DNA from: Candidatus Poribacteria bacterium
GTDB lineage: Bacteria > Poribacteria > WGA-4E > PCPOR2b
Assembly (NCBI GenBank): GCA_965208675.1
Contig: OZ242351.1
Span: forward strand, 4,128,001-4,192,000
DNA: 64,000 bases
Direction of reading: 5' to 3'
How positions within the stretch are numbered: position 1 is the first letter of the stretch; the number at the start of each line of letters is the position of its first letter. The position numbers and the translations under genes are program-made. Positions 30,266 to 39,769 of the stretch are shown in pieces. The notes beneath the pieces were generated by a model, which saw only the letters and a program-made list of their open reading frames with translations, did not search any database and had not been told where the DNA came from.

Positions 30266-33127
30266 CTATTGACTGACTAGATGACTCACATCAATGCTCC
30301 AGCACTGTGTTTCTGAATCAATCAGCCGATACAAAATGGTTTCACCGTTGGGCGATATTGAGAGCGGACGTGCATCCACCGGAACACGAAACGGTAATTC
30401 GTCAATTTTCGTGCCGTCGAGAGATACCCGCTGCAATTCGCCGTTTCGTCCAAATGCGAGATAAGATGTTCCATCCGATGACCAACTCGACGGGATAAAA
30501 TTTCTTTGCATTGGCTTCGGTTCCCCACCATTGATTGAAATAACCCACGCTTGCCCGCTTATCTCGAAGGTCAACCGTTTTCCGTCGGGTGTCCAACAAA
30601 GACTCCCATCAGGTGTCCAAGGCAGGAGTATCTCTCCTTCGGGTGGACTATCGGGTGGAGCACTGATTCGCTTGGATTCTCCGCCCGTTGCCGGAACAAG
30701 ATAGATGTCAACCTCTGTCTCATCGAAATCCAAATCTAAGACCTGTCTCTTACCCTTCAAGCGGAGGAACGCGAGCATCGTTCCATCTGGCGACCAAGCT
30801 GCTCCTGAGCACCGTTCGGTATCTGTGAATGTTTTCACCTGACCATCTGATACAGAAGCGACGCAGAGTTTTGACTCGAAACCAACTGATGCTGCGAGAT
30901 TAGCGTTGATAAACGCGATTTTTTTACCGTCGGGCGACCAGCGGGGGTTAATCCAAATAAACTCGGTTTGTGCCATCTGTTTGGAAGTTCCACCTGTTAC
31001 GGGCATGATGAGAAGATGCGCACTTACTTGGGGTACTCCGTCGACAAGTTTATGGGGCGTTTTGCGATGAATCTGCACATATGCAACCCACTTTTCATCG
31101 GGCGAAAGGGTGGCCCCGCTGAGCCATGTTCCCTCTGGGAGTTCGATGGGTAGCTCGGTGAATCGACCAGTTTCGATGTCCAAAAAACCGGGGCGCCGCT
31201 CTTTGCTAGAAACTAGAAAAAGCCGATTCCCGTCTGATTGCCACTGTGCGCCTTCAAACCAAAAGTCGGGATTGGAACTTACACGTCGTTGTTCGCCATT
31301 CTTTATATTGAGTGCATAGGTCATTTCTGTGTAGGCTTCTTGCAGTACGATTAGTCTTCCGTCTGGCGTCCACCGCAACGGTTTTGCGCCCACTTGGAGT
31401 CTCGCCGCTTTGAGGAAAATTGGTTCGCCTGTTAGCTCACCTTGTTCGTTGACTCGCGATGCAATAAAACCGCTTTTTCCATCGGGTAAGTAGTTCGTGT
31501 AGGCAACCCACTTTCCGTCGGGTGAGTGAATGGGTGGGTAGATGAGATGAAACCCTTCATTTACTGTTGCTTCACCATCCCGCACAGGCTGCCGCCATAC
31601 GCGGAGGCTATTTATCAAGAGGCCTCGTTTTGATGAATAGGCAATCCATTCACCATCAGGCGACCATGAGGGATCGGTGTTTTCTTTTCCATCCGTCGTG
31701 AATGGACGCACTGCGCCTGTTTCGAGCGAGACGATGTAAATGTCCGATTTCTTTCCTTTCGACCTAACAAACGCTAGTTCTTTGCTATCCGGAGACCAAC
31801 TTAACCAACCTGGGTGGTTGGTAGAATTGGTGTGCGCCAGGAAGCGTAATGCCCCGCCTGATGCGGAAACCAGATACACGTCCATATCTTTTCCATACGG
31901 ACCAATAGTCTCTCCCACACCGGGAACGTATGCAGTGTAAACATGACGATAAAATGCAATCCACTGACCGTCTGGAGACCATTTCGGCTGATAGTAATTC
32001 GCGATATCCTCCTCCAATATAACCGAGGGTTTAGGCGCCGCATTAGTTGTAGCCTCGACTAGAGGCTGAATCTGAAGCTGAGTCAAGTTGCTTGAAGATG
32101 TAAAATCGCGACCAACATATACCATTTTCGTTCCATCAGGTGAAAAATCAATATCCCACGACATGTCCAAATCGTCGGGCACATGAACTCTCGTGATCGT
32201 ACTTTTATTTTCGTTCATTTCCTCAGATTGGCCAAAGGCATCGGGCGCTTCAAACGGCTCCCGTTTCTGCCCAAACTCGCCGTCATTCCCTTCAGGACCG
32301 AGTATGGTAACCCTAGTTACTTCAGCATCTACGAGGAGGTCGCCATCTTTGACAACCTGTGATTTGGAAGGCAGCGGCCCACCGAACCAGTCGCGAAGCG
32401 GATGAAGCGGGTTTTGTGGCAGGCTCAAACTTAAGACTAGGAGAATTAACCCACCTGCAGCAGATAGCCCCACGGGTAACCCGGTCTTGTGGGGCGCCGT
32501 TTGAATCTTCGCCTCTCTGATAAACTCCACTACGCGAGCCGTAAATCCTGGTGATAATTTACGGTCGGCAAGGGCGGTGGGCATCATTGAAACTAGATCT
32601 TCACTCAGCACAGTTTTGAGCTTCGCTCTAGCTCGCATCAGCCGCTGATTGATGGTATTCGGAGACACCCGCAGCGTCTCGGCAATCTCTTTGCTCTTTA
32701 GCCCAGCCATGTAACGGAGCACTAAAACTTGACGGTGCATCTCAGGGAGGGAAGCCAGTGCTTCATGGATTCGTTGGTTTCTCAGGTTTTTTGCGTGCGC
32801 GTCCATATCTGCTCGATGGCTGTCGGATTGGTCGGCAAGGTACGCCGCATCAATCTGTCTGTATTGGGCACGATGGAAATCCTTGCATCGGTTCACAGCG
32901 CTTGAATGAAGCCACGCATAGAAATTGTCCCATCGTTTCAGCGTGGAGAGTTTTTTGTAGGCGTTGAAAAACACATCTTGAGTGAGGTCCTCTGCATCTT
33001 GAAACTGACCGACTTTGGCATACACGAGCGCGAAAATTCGAACTTTATATTTGTCAACTAACTCGGCGAATGCCTCCGGGTTGCCCGAAAGACATTCATA
33101 AACGATTTGCCTGTCACTCGTGTGCAT
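30266..33127 (-). CDS. ECF sigma / TM / PD40 propeller fusion (copy 5)
   Basis: Start MHTSDRQIV at 33127 by alignment with the paralogs; sigma4.2 SPNTINQRLMRAR; PD40 repeats. Confidence 0.9.
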   Translation of the reverse strand: MHTSDRQIVYECLSGNPEAFAELVDKYKVRIFALVYAKVGQFQDAEDLTQDVFFNAYKKLSTLKRWDNFYAWLHSSAVNRCKDFHRAQYRQIDAAYLADQSDSHRADMDAHAKNLRNQRIHEALASLPEMHRQVLVLRYMAGLKSKEIAETLRVSPNTINQRLMRARAKLKTVLSEDLVSMMPTALADRKLSPGFTARVVEFIREAKIQTAPHKTGLPVGLSAAGGLILLVLSLSLPQNPLHPLRDWFGGPLPSKSQVVKDGDLLVDAEVTRVTILGPEGNDGEFGQKREPFEAPDAFGQSEEMNENKSTITRVHVPDDLDMSWDIDFSPDGTKMVYVGRDFTSSSNLTQLQIQPLVEATTNAAPKPSVILEEDIANYYQPKWSPDGQWIAFYRHVYTAYVPGVGETIGPYGKDMDVYLVSASGGALRFLAHTNSTNHPGWLSWSPDSKELAFVRSKGKKSDIYIVSLETGAVRPFTTDGKENTDPSWSPDGEWIAYSSKRGLLINSLRVWRQPVRDGEATVNEGFHLIYPPIHSPDGKWVAYTNYLPDGKSGFIASRVNEQGELTGEPIFLKAARLQVGAKPLRWTPDGRLIVLQEAYTEMTYALNIKNGEQRRVSSNPDFWFEGAQWQSDGNRLFLVSSKERRPGFLDIETGRFTELPIELPEGTWLSGATLSPDEKWVAYVQIHRKTPHKLVDGVPQVSAHLLIMPVTGGTSKQMAQTEFIWINPRWSPDGKKIAFINANLAASVGFESKLCVASVSDGQVKTFTDTERCSGAAWSPDGTMLAFLRLKGKRQVLDLDFDETEVDIYLVPATGGESKRISAPPDSPPEGEILLPWTPDGSLCWTPDGKRLTFEISGQAWVISINGGEPKPMQRNFIPSSWSSDGTSYLAFGRNGELQRVSLDGTKIDELPFRVPVDARPLSISPNGETILYRLIDSETQCWSIDVSHLVSQ

Positions 33128-33255
33128 AGGAATGCTTTCATATTTTAAGAGCAAGTTGCAGTTTGCGATTCAAAACGAGGTGGGGTTGCTTGTTCGACTA
33201 AGGACGGTACCGCAAATTTCAGTAATGCTAGTGTTCGCCAAACTATACAGAAATG

Positions 33256-33855
33256 TTAGTCGGTTTTAGGTCGCTGGTGGATAAACTTGACCATGTATTC
33301 CCCTTCTTCCCTTCTCAATTCGAGGTGATTCCCATCGTCAGAGTGGATAAAATCCAGCGGGCCTCCATCATTGTACCAAAAATCATACAGAAATACGGGG
33401 TTTTCAAGGTCTCTTCTGATTTCCGGTGCTTCCTCCTTCGGTTCCACTCTGGTTACAATCAAATTTAATCGGAGTTTATTTTCACCTATGTAATATTTTC
33501 CCCGGAAGGTAACTACCAATTCTTGGATGTGTTCCCAGCCTTTCCATTCAAGCCAATGCAATTCATCCTCTTGTATGGGATATCTTTGTACTAGTTCAAA
33601 GATTCCATCTGCCGCCAGTGTCAGGATATTCGGGTTTGCGCCAGCAATTGACCCTTCAGAATCAATCTGGTTCATCACTACTCCATCCTTTAACCAAATT
33701 ATATCCATAAGACGCCAATCTCCCAAAATCGGGGAGTCGATATGGGCTGGCGGCTCGGTCGGGGTTTCCCCAACGGGATTTTCGGTATTTCCACACCCTA
33801 CGATGAAAACAAGTAAAATTCCAATTATTGTTGCCCAGGTCAATATTAATTTCAT
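33256..33855 (-). CDS. Lipoprotein with lipocalin-like domain
   Basis: Lipobox-like IVGC after a hydrophobic leader; ILGDWRL...LTLAADG.F...GKYYI lipocalin-like pattern. Confidence 0.6.
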   Translation of the reverse strand: MKLILTWATIIGILLVFIVGCGNTENPVGETPTEPPAHIDSPILGDWRLMDIIWLKDGVVMNQIDSEGSIAGANPNILTLAADGIFELVQRYPIQEDELHWLEWKGWEHIQELVVTFRGKYYIGENKLRLNLIVTRVEPKEEAPEIRRDLENPVFLYDFWYNDGGPLDFIHSDDGNHLELRREEGEYMVKFIHQRPKTD

Positions 33856-33883
33856 CTGTTCGTGTTCCCAACGTTGGTTTCAG

Positions 33884-34642
33884 TCAGTTCTGTGCTTTCA
33901 GCTTTCCCCACGTCGTCGACAATTTCTCTCCCAAGCGATTGACTGCCAAAAAACCAGGGCCGCCATCCGGCACATCGGGACCTGTCACCGTAAAATCATC
34001 CAACAGGATGTTACACCTTCCATAAAATAACAATCCAATCGTCCCCATAGGGACTGAATCTTCTTCTGTGAATAAACTAACATCGCCGATCGAAAAAGTG
34101 TAACCGTTTCCTTCGCGTTGAATGCTCAACGTGTACCAGACCCCTTTTTCGAATGCAAAGCGGCCCATTGCAGCGGTATTTTCGTGCAGGAGTTGCCAGA
34201 GTTCTGGATGATCCTCTATCACGTAACGCTCAATGGAAACAATCAAAACGTTGGGTTCTTCCGCGGAATGCCAGAACATAAATTTTATAAGCCCTTCATA
34301 TTTTCTTGTTTCTTCGTTAAATGACATATATTCAATCCACCAATAGCTGTCCTCCGGGCCTCGGATGTTCCTAACCATAAACTTCGATTCCATCGAGAAA
34401 TCTTTGATTCTACCTAGTCCCCAATTTAAGATTCTATATTGAGCATTTTGTTTTTTCCCTCTGTAATTAAAGTGACCATCAACGACGGCTGCGCTAAGCT
34501 CGTCATCAACCCGACCACTTCCCCAATCCCGAAGGGTTTTATCGCTGAAATCGTCTATCCACGTACCGGCGGTACAGATGCGTCCAAACACAGCCAGCCC
34601 TAGGAGAACAATCATGAATTGAACGGTTTTAATCGGCATCAA
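33884..34642 (-). CDS. Secreted ConA-like beta-sandwich protein with Poribacteria-type C-terminal TTW tail
   Basis: Signal peptide, AGTWIDDFSD, WYTLSI, GTIGL...DDFTVTGPDVPDGG, tail EKLSTTWGKLK. Confidence 0.65.
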   Translation of the reverse strand: MMPIKTVQFMIVLLGLAVFGRICTAGTWIDDFSDKTLRDWGSGRVDDELSAAVVDGHFNYRGKKQNAQYRILNWGLGRIKDFSMESKFMVRNIRGPEDSYWWIEYMSFNEETRKYEGLIKFMFWHSAEEPNVLIVSIERYVIEDHPELWQLLHENTAAMGRFAFEKGVWYTLSIQREGNGYTFSIGDVSLFTEEDSVPMGTIGLLFYGRCNILLDDFTVTGPDVPDGGPGFLAVNRLGEKLSTTWGKLKAQN

Positions 34643-34785
34643 ACTTCACCTCCCGTTGTAACTTTCACGTCTAGAGACAAAAAGATTGTAATTGATACGC
34701 TCAATTGTATCAAATCATCTCGTTAGCAGTGACTCCAGAAACTGGTTTCTAGAATTCCACGGATCTTCACCCACATTGTGTGGTT

Positions 34786-37011
34786 CTACTTGACGATAGC
34801 CATCCGCCGTATCGCGGTGTAATCACCCGCGCGGAGTTGGTAGAAATAGGTACCGCTTGTGACGGGTTCTCCGTTTTGATTGCGGCCGTCCCAATACGCG
34901 GCTGTTGCTTTGCCTCGGTAGATTCCCGCATTTTTGCGTCCAACGTCTAGCCTGCGTACGATTTGACCGCTCTGGTCATAGATTTTCAACGTCACGAGTG
35001 AATCGTCCGCCAACTGATACGGTATCCAGGTTTCGGGGTTGAACGGATTCGGATAATTCTGCAGCAACGCTGTCCGTTTGATGTTTCCCAGTGTTGTCAA
35101 ACGTCTCAATGACGGTTCCACGCCAAACGCATTCCAAGACGAAAGTTCCCACAGCAACACCGTCCCGTCACCACTTCCGCTAGCGAGTGTGAGTCCATCA
35201 TGACTGATCGCGACACTCCCGACGTTGCCTGTGTGCGCCGCGCGCATTTGGAGATGTTTTCCGGTTTCCGTGTCCCACAGTCGAATGGTAGTGTCTTCAC
35301 TTCCGCTCACGAGAGAACGCCCGGTGGGACTGAAAACCACGCTTAGAACCGCACTGGTATGTCCGTTAAGCAAATGCAGGTGTGTTCCGGTACTGGTGTC
35401 CCACAGACGGACGATAGTGTCCGAACTTCCGCTAGCGACCGTCAGGCCGTCGGGACTGAAAGCGACGCTCCGAACCGCATCCATATGCCCCCTAAGCGTT
35501 CGCAGATGTTTTCCGGAATCAGTGTTCCACAATCGAATGGTCTTGTCTCCGCTTCCACTTGCAAGCGTACCTCCATCGGGACTGAAGGCGACGCTGTAGA
35601 CACCAAATCTATGTCCCTTGATTGTTCGCAGGTGTTTTCCGTTTTCGGCGTTCCATAGACGAATGATAGCGTCCTCACTCCCACTTGCGATGGTGCCGCC
35701 ATCGGGACTGAACGCAATGCAATTGACAAAATCCGTATGAGTGGTAATCTTTCGCAAGTGATTTCCGTTGTTGGCGTCCCACAGACGAATAACACCGTCC
35801 GAACTTCCGCTCGCGATGGTACCTCCATCGGGATTGTACGCCACGCTAAAGATTGCAGATTTATGCCCCTTGAGCGTCTGCAGGAGTTTTCCCTTATTGG
35901 TGTCCCACAGACGGATGTTAGCATCCCAATTTCCGCTTGCGATAGTGCCGCCGCCGGGGTTAAACGCAACGCTAGTCACCGCATTCGGGTGTCCGGTGAG
36001 TGTTTGCGAGGGTTCTCCCGTATCGGGATTCCACAGGCGGATGGTATCGTCCCAACCCGCGCTAGCGATAGTATCGCCATTGGGACTAAACACAACGCTT
36101 TTGACCGAATTCGTATGCCCGTTGAACATTCGTAGGAGTTCTCCCGTATGGGCGTTCCATAATCGGAGGGTAAGGTCTAATCCCACGCTTGCGATAGTAC
36201 CGCCATCGGGACTAAACGCTATGCTCCTAATCCAATTCGTATTTGCGGCGAGCGTTTGAAGGTGCTCTCCCGTATCGGCGTTCCAGATACGGACGGTACC
36301 ATCCCAACTCCCGCTTGCTAAAGCACGCCCATCTGGCCTGAATACAACGCTATCGACCCAATTCGTATGCCCAGTGAGTGTTCGCAGTAATTCCCCCGTA
36401 TTGGCATCCCATAAACGAACGGTATCGTCTCCGCTTCCACTAGCGATCGTGCGTCCATCGGGACTAAACGCAATACTGTGGACTCTAGATCTATGCCCAA
36501 TCATCTTTCGCAGTTGTTCTCCCGTATCGGCGTCCCAAAGTCGTATGGTAGCGTCTTCGCTTCCACTGGCAATCGTGCGTCCATCGGGACTAAACGTCAC
36601 GCTTCGAATCACATCTGTATGCCCGTTGAGTGTTCGCAGTTGTTCTCCCGTATCGGCGTCCCACACATGGATTGGCCCCTCCCAGCCCCCATGGACAGCA
36701 GCATCCCAACCACCGCTAGCAATCATGTGACCATCAGGACTAAAGGCAAAGCTGACGACATCCGTTTGCGCTGCTCGCAGGGTAACCTCTTGATGAGTCG
36801 CCGTATCGTAAAGCCATACTCCAATACTACTTCCTACACCAAGTCGAGTGCCGTCCGGCGAATACTTAATCTCGCTTATTTTACCTTTGCCCAGGCGGGT
36901 TTTAGCGCCCTCTGGTAGACCCCATAGTGCAAAATCTTGTGCGATGCTGTGCGGTAAACATATAACGCCAACCAACAGTAAGCCAAAATTGAAAACTGCC
37001 GCTTTCTTCAT
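34786..37011 (-). CDS. Secreted WD40-repeat protein with FlgD-Ig / T9SS-CTD-like C-terminal domain
   Basis: About 13 GH...FSPDG..ASGS.D..IRLWD repeats; C-terminal LLQNYPNPFNPETWIPYQL...WDGRN...SGTYFYQL. Start MKKAAVF at 37011 has a GGAGG RBS. Confidence 0.9.
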   Translation of the reverse strand: MKKAAVFNFGLLLVGVICLPHSIAQDFALWGLPEGAKTRLGKGKISEIKYSPDGTRLGVGSSIGVWLYDTATHQEVTLRAAQTDVVSFAFSPDGHMIASGGWDAAVHGGWEGPIHVWDADTGEQLRTLNGHTDVIRSVTFSPDGRTIASGSEDATIRLWDADTGEQLRKMIGHRSRVHSIAFSPDGRTIASGSGDDTVRLWDANTGELLRTLTGHTNWVDSVVFRPDGRALASGSWDGTVRIWNADTGEHLQTLAANTNWIRSIAFSPDGGTIASVGLDLTLRLWNAHTGELLRMFNGHTNSVKSVVFSPNGDTIASAGWDDTIRLWNPDTGEPSQTLTGHPNAVTSVAFNPGGGTIASGNWDANIRLWDTNKGKLLQTLKGHKSAIFSVAYNPDGGTIASGSSDGVIRLWDANNGNHLRKITTHTDFVNCIAFSPDGGTIASGSEDAIIRLWNAENGKHLRTIKGHRFGVYSVAFSPDGGTLASGSGDKTIRLWNTDSGKHLRTLRGHMDAVRSVAFSPDGLTVASGSSDTIVRLWDTSTGTHLHLLNGHTSAVLSVVFSPTGRSLVSGSEDTTIRLWDTETGKHLQMRAAHTGNVGSVAISHDGLTLASGSGDGTVLLWELSSWNAFGVEPSLRRLTTLGNIKRTALLQNYPNPFNPETWIPYQLADDSLVTLKIYDQSGQIVRRLDVGRKNAGIYRGKATAAYWDGRNQNGEPVTSGTYFYQLRAGDYTAIRRMAIVK

Positions 37012-37260
37012 TGAAACAACCCTCCATATTTGGATTGGGGAAAATTTCTTCCAATTTCTTTTTTCCGTGCACGACCTTGGATTCAGAATCTGTCTTATTT
37101 GCCTGTTTGAACAATCCAAATCCGTTTTCGAGAGAGGTCATTTCATCGATTTCGGCTCTCGTGCTGAAAGGATTCGGTTTGTCCTGTGTCTTTAGTTATT
37201 CAACTTGCCTTCGCCCATAATAGCAAAGACTGAAGCGAAATTTCCTGTGTATTTGCGTTA

Positions 37261-37277
37261 AGCAATTCATGTGCCAA
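37261..37277 (-). promoter_or_regulatory. Putative sigma-54 (-24/-12) promoter
   Basis: TTGGCACATGAATTGCT on the - strand fits TGGCAC-N5-TTGC, about 250 bp upstream of the WD40 gene. Confidence 0.6.
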
Positions 37278-37545
37278 GACCAAAATTCCAAACATCATCG
37301 CCTGGGCCCGAGAACGGACAAGATTGTATTGGAGTGAACTGTTGTAGTAGTGATGCAAATTTGTAGCGCAAGTGTCACGGGTCTATGTCTGTGGTAAAGT
37401 CCAGAAGTGATAATGAGCTTGCTTTCAGCGGGTTTAAATTTTCTGACTTTAACGTGTACCAGACTTGTTGCCTTGATTGGTCTGAATTCTAGTTAGGATT
37501 AATTGAATCCGAGAATCAGACTGCGAATAAAATGCCCCGCATAAA

Positions 37546-37592
37546 TAGACGCCGCCCGACTTCGAATTATTACATCGGTCTGAATTTTTTTT
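37546..37592 (-). promoter_or_regulatory. Fifth copy of the putative ECF promoter, upstream of the WD40-to-sigma copy 5 gene string
   Basis: A-tract, then TGTAAT-N16-GCGTCTA, with the shared spacer start AATTCG. Confidence 0.6.
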
Positions 37593-37856
37593 GGATTTTA
37601 CGAGAAGAATCTATGCACGTATTGAAGGGAATGAAGGTTTGCCATGGCGATTTTTTAAACACATCAGTCTTTAGTCCAAAAAAGTGGATTTGTCACTGTC
37701 GAATTTGACGTGATACCGGCAGGTGCTCTACGGTGGGTACGGTGTTTTGAGATCGAGGGATAAGTGTGGGGATTAAACTTAATTCGGAAACACGTGTTTT
37801 CGATGTGAAATCGACCGTCGCGATTCGGAGATCGCTCCTACAATGATACCGACAAT

Positions 37857-38630
37857 TTACAATTCGGCGCTGCGTGGGTTTGTCTTTAGGGCATAGAGTT
37901 CCTCAAGGAATACGTCGTAATCAATATGTTTATGGTCGCCCATTTTCTGCGCGATAGAGTCTCCGAGGGTATAAGCTAATTTCGACCGCCTCGGTAACGG
38001 AAGGGTCCGCCGGCGTACGAGATACTCGCGTATTGCCGCCAATTCAGCGTCCGTAACCTGAGCCGGTTGAATCCAGTCGGCATAGACAAAATTCGACTTT
38101 TGGATGGTTGGGGGATGTACTGGATTGGGAGAAGCCACGGCGTTCTCTTTAACAACGAGTGTGCCAGCAGCTAAATCGCCCAACCGCTGCCAGTTTTCGT
38201 TGAATAGCATAACGACAAGCCCGGTGCCGTAGAAGAATGGAAGAAAATCGATAATACGCACCAAATTCCGTATGGCTGAATCAGAAAAGCTGATTGGATA
38301 TCCTTGCGCTTTGATGACCCGCAATCCGAGTGCGCGCTTGCCCGGCGACTGGCCATTCGTAGTTATCTCGAACACCATGTAGTAACCCCAGATGAGCGCG
38401 AATATGGCTATGCCGGTAATTGCAACTAGCCAATTGCCAAAATTTTCATCTAGATCAAGTTGGGCACGTATGGTAACATAAGCACCTATGCAAATTAGCG
38501 GGATCAGTACGGCGATATCAACTAATGCCGCATAAAAACGGGATCCGATGCCCGCGACACTATAGTTAATTCTAATTTGTTCGGGGGTTTCAACAGATAG
38601 ATGTTCGTTTACTTCTCTATTTTTAGGCAT
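37857..38630 (-). CDS. RDD family protein
   Basis: ETPEQI...AGIGSRFYAALVD, GQSPGKRALGLRV, IRNLVRIIDFLP, QRLGDLAAGTLVV. Confidence 0.9.
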   Translation of the reverse strand: MPKNREVNEHLSVETPEQIRINYSVAGIGSRFYAALVDIAVLIPLICIGAYVTIRAQLDLDENFGNWLVAITGIAIFALIWGYYMVFEITTNGQSPGKRALGLRVIKAQGYPISFSDSAIRNLVRIIDFLPFFYGTGLVVMLFNENWQRLGDLAAGTLVVKENAVASPNPVHPPTIQKSNFVYADWIQPAQVTDAELAAIREYLVRRRTLPLPRRSKLAYTLGDSIAQKMGDHKHIDYDVFLEELYALKTNPRSAEL

Positions 38631-38735
38631 TCGATCTCCAGCGCTGTTATTAAGAAATAATCATTTTCTGCTAACATGCTCTGAACGGGGTCTCCTGCAC
38701 AATTCGTACAACATAACCAACCGACGACGTTATAA

Positions 38736-39719
38736 TTGATGATTTTGGAAGAGTTTATCGACAAGAAACAGCCGGTCTGGTCAGAGTTGGAAACGCTATT
38801 AAAGCGCGGCCCGCGGCGCCATATCGGCAGCGCTACGCCAACGCAACTCAATCGGTTGGGATATCTGTATCGCCGTGTGACCTCCGATTTGGCGGTTGCC
38901 CGCCGCGACTATCCAGACGATCGCTGCGTACCATACCTTAATACGCTCGCCTCCCGCGCCCACAGCGGTATCTACCAAAGCTCCCCCTTGAAAAGAAACA
39001 CAATTCGCCAGTTCTTTAGCGCCGGGTTTCCGACGCTGTTTCGCAGCAACCTCGGTTTTATCTCGGCTGCGTTTCTGCTGTTTACGCTCGGGTTTGCCGC
39101 GACATATTGGATGGCGCTGGCGAACCCACAATTCGCGGAGAAAATTGCGCCTGAAGACATCGTTGATACGATACACGAAAAGGAGATGTGGACGAACATT
39201 CCGGAGTTACAGCGAAATCTTGCCGCCTCTTTCATCATGACCAATAACATTCGTGTCGCGTTTTTGGCGTTCGCTAGCGGTATCATGTATATGGTCGGAA
39301 CAGTTTATATTCTAGCTTTCAATGGTGTGCACATTGGCACGATTGCGGGGCTGTGCCACGTGCATGGGCTCGCCCATCCACTCTGGACGTTTGTGTCGCC
39401 GCACGGTTATATCGAATTGACGACAATTTTTATCGCAGGCGGTGCGGGCTTAAAAATGGGGTATGCGCTGATTGGCCCGACGCTTTTCACCCGGAAACGC
39501 GCTTTGACCGATGCGGCGAAAACTGCGGTCAAACTCATCGGTGGTTGTGTTGTCCTGCTTGTCATCGCCGGGGTGATTGAGGGTTTTGTCTCACCTTCCG
39601 GTTTACCGCCAATCGTCAAGGTCGGATTCGGATTCGCAACCGGTGTTCTGCTATTCTCCTATCTCTTTTTGATGGGCAGGTCGAGGAAATCGGCGATACC
39701 GACAAACGCGGCAAATTAG
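38736..39719 (+). CDS. Stage II sporulation protein M (DUF95) family membrane protein
   Basis: LYRRVTSDLA, IMTNNIRVAF, PHGYIEL, IAGVIEGFVSP; a usual neighbour of RDD genes. Confidence 0.9.
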   Translation: MMILEEFIDKKQPVWSELETLLKRGPRRHIGSATPTQLNRLGYLYRRVTSDLAVARRDYPDDRCVPYLNTLASRAHSGIYQSSPLKRNTIRQFFSAGFPTLFRSNLGFISAAFLLFTLGFAATYWMALANPQFAEKIAPEDIVDTIHEKEMWTNIPELQRNLAASFIMTNNIRVAFLAFASGIMYMVGTVYILAFNGVHIGTIAGLCHVHGLAHPLWTFVSPHGYIELTTIFIAGGAGLKMGYALIGPTLFTRKRALTDAAKTAVKLIGGCVVLLVIAGVIEGFVSPSGLPPIVKVGFGFATGVLLFSYLFLMGRSRKSAIPTNAAN

Positions 39720-39769
39720 GTGTGTCTGATTTATCGCCGAATCTTGAACTCGTTAAGGAACATTTTTAA

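Noticed and set aside
19056-32405. Repeated small + strand ORFs (MPSGE...PKSPSSPSAPS, MESSPHL...)
   Set aside because: They recur only because they are the antisense of the conserved sigma-TM segments.
35106-36918. Many overlapping + strand ORFs opposite the WD40 gene
   Set aside because: Antisense shadows of the repetitive WD40 coding sequence.
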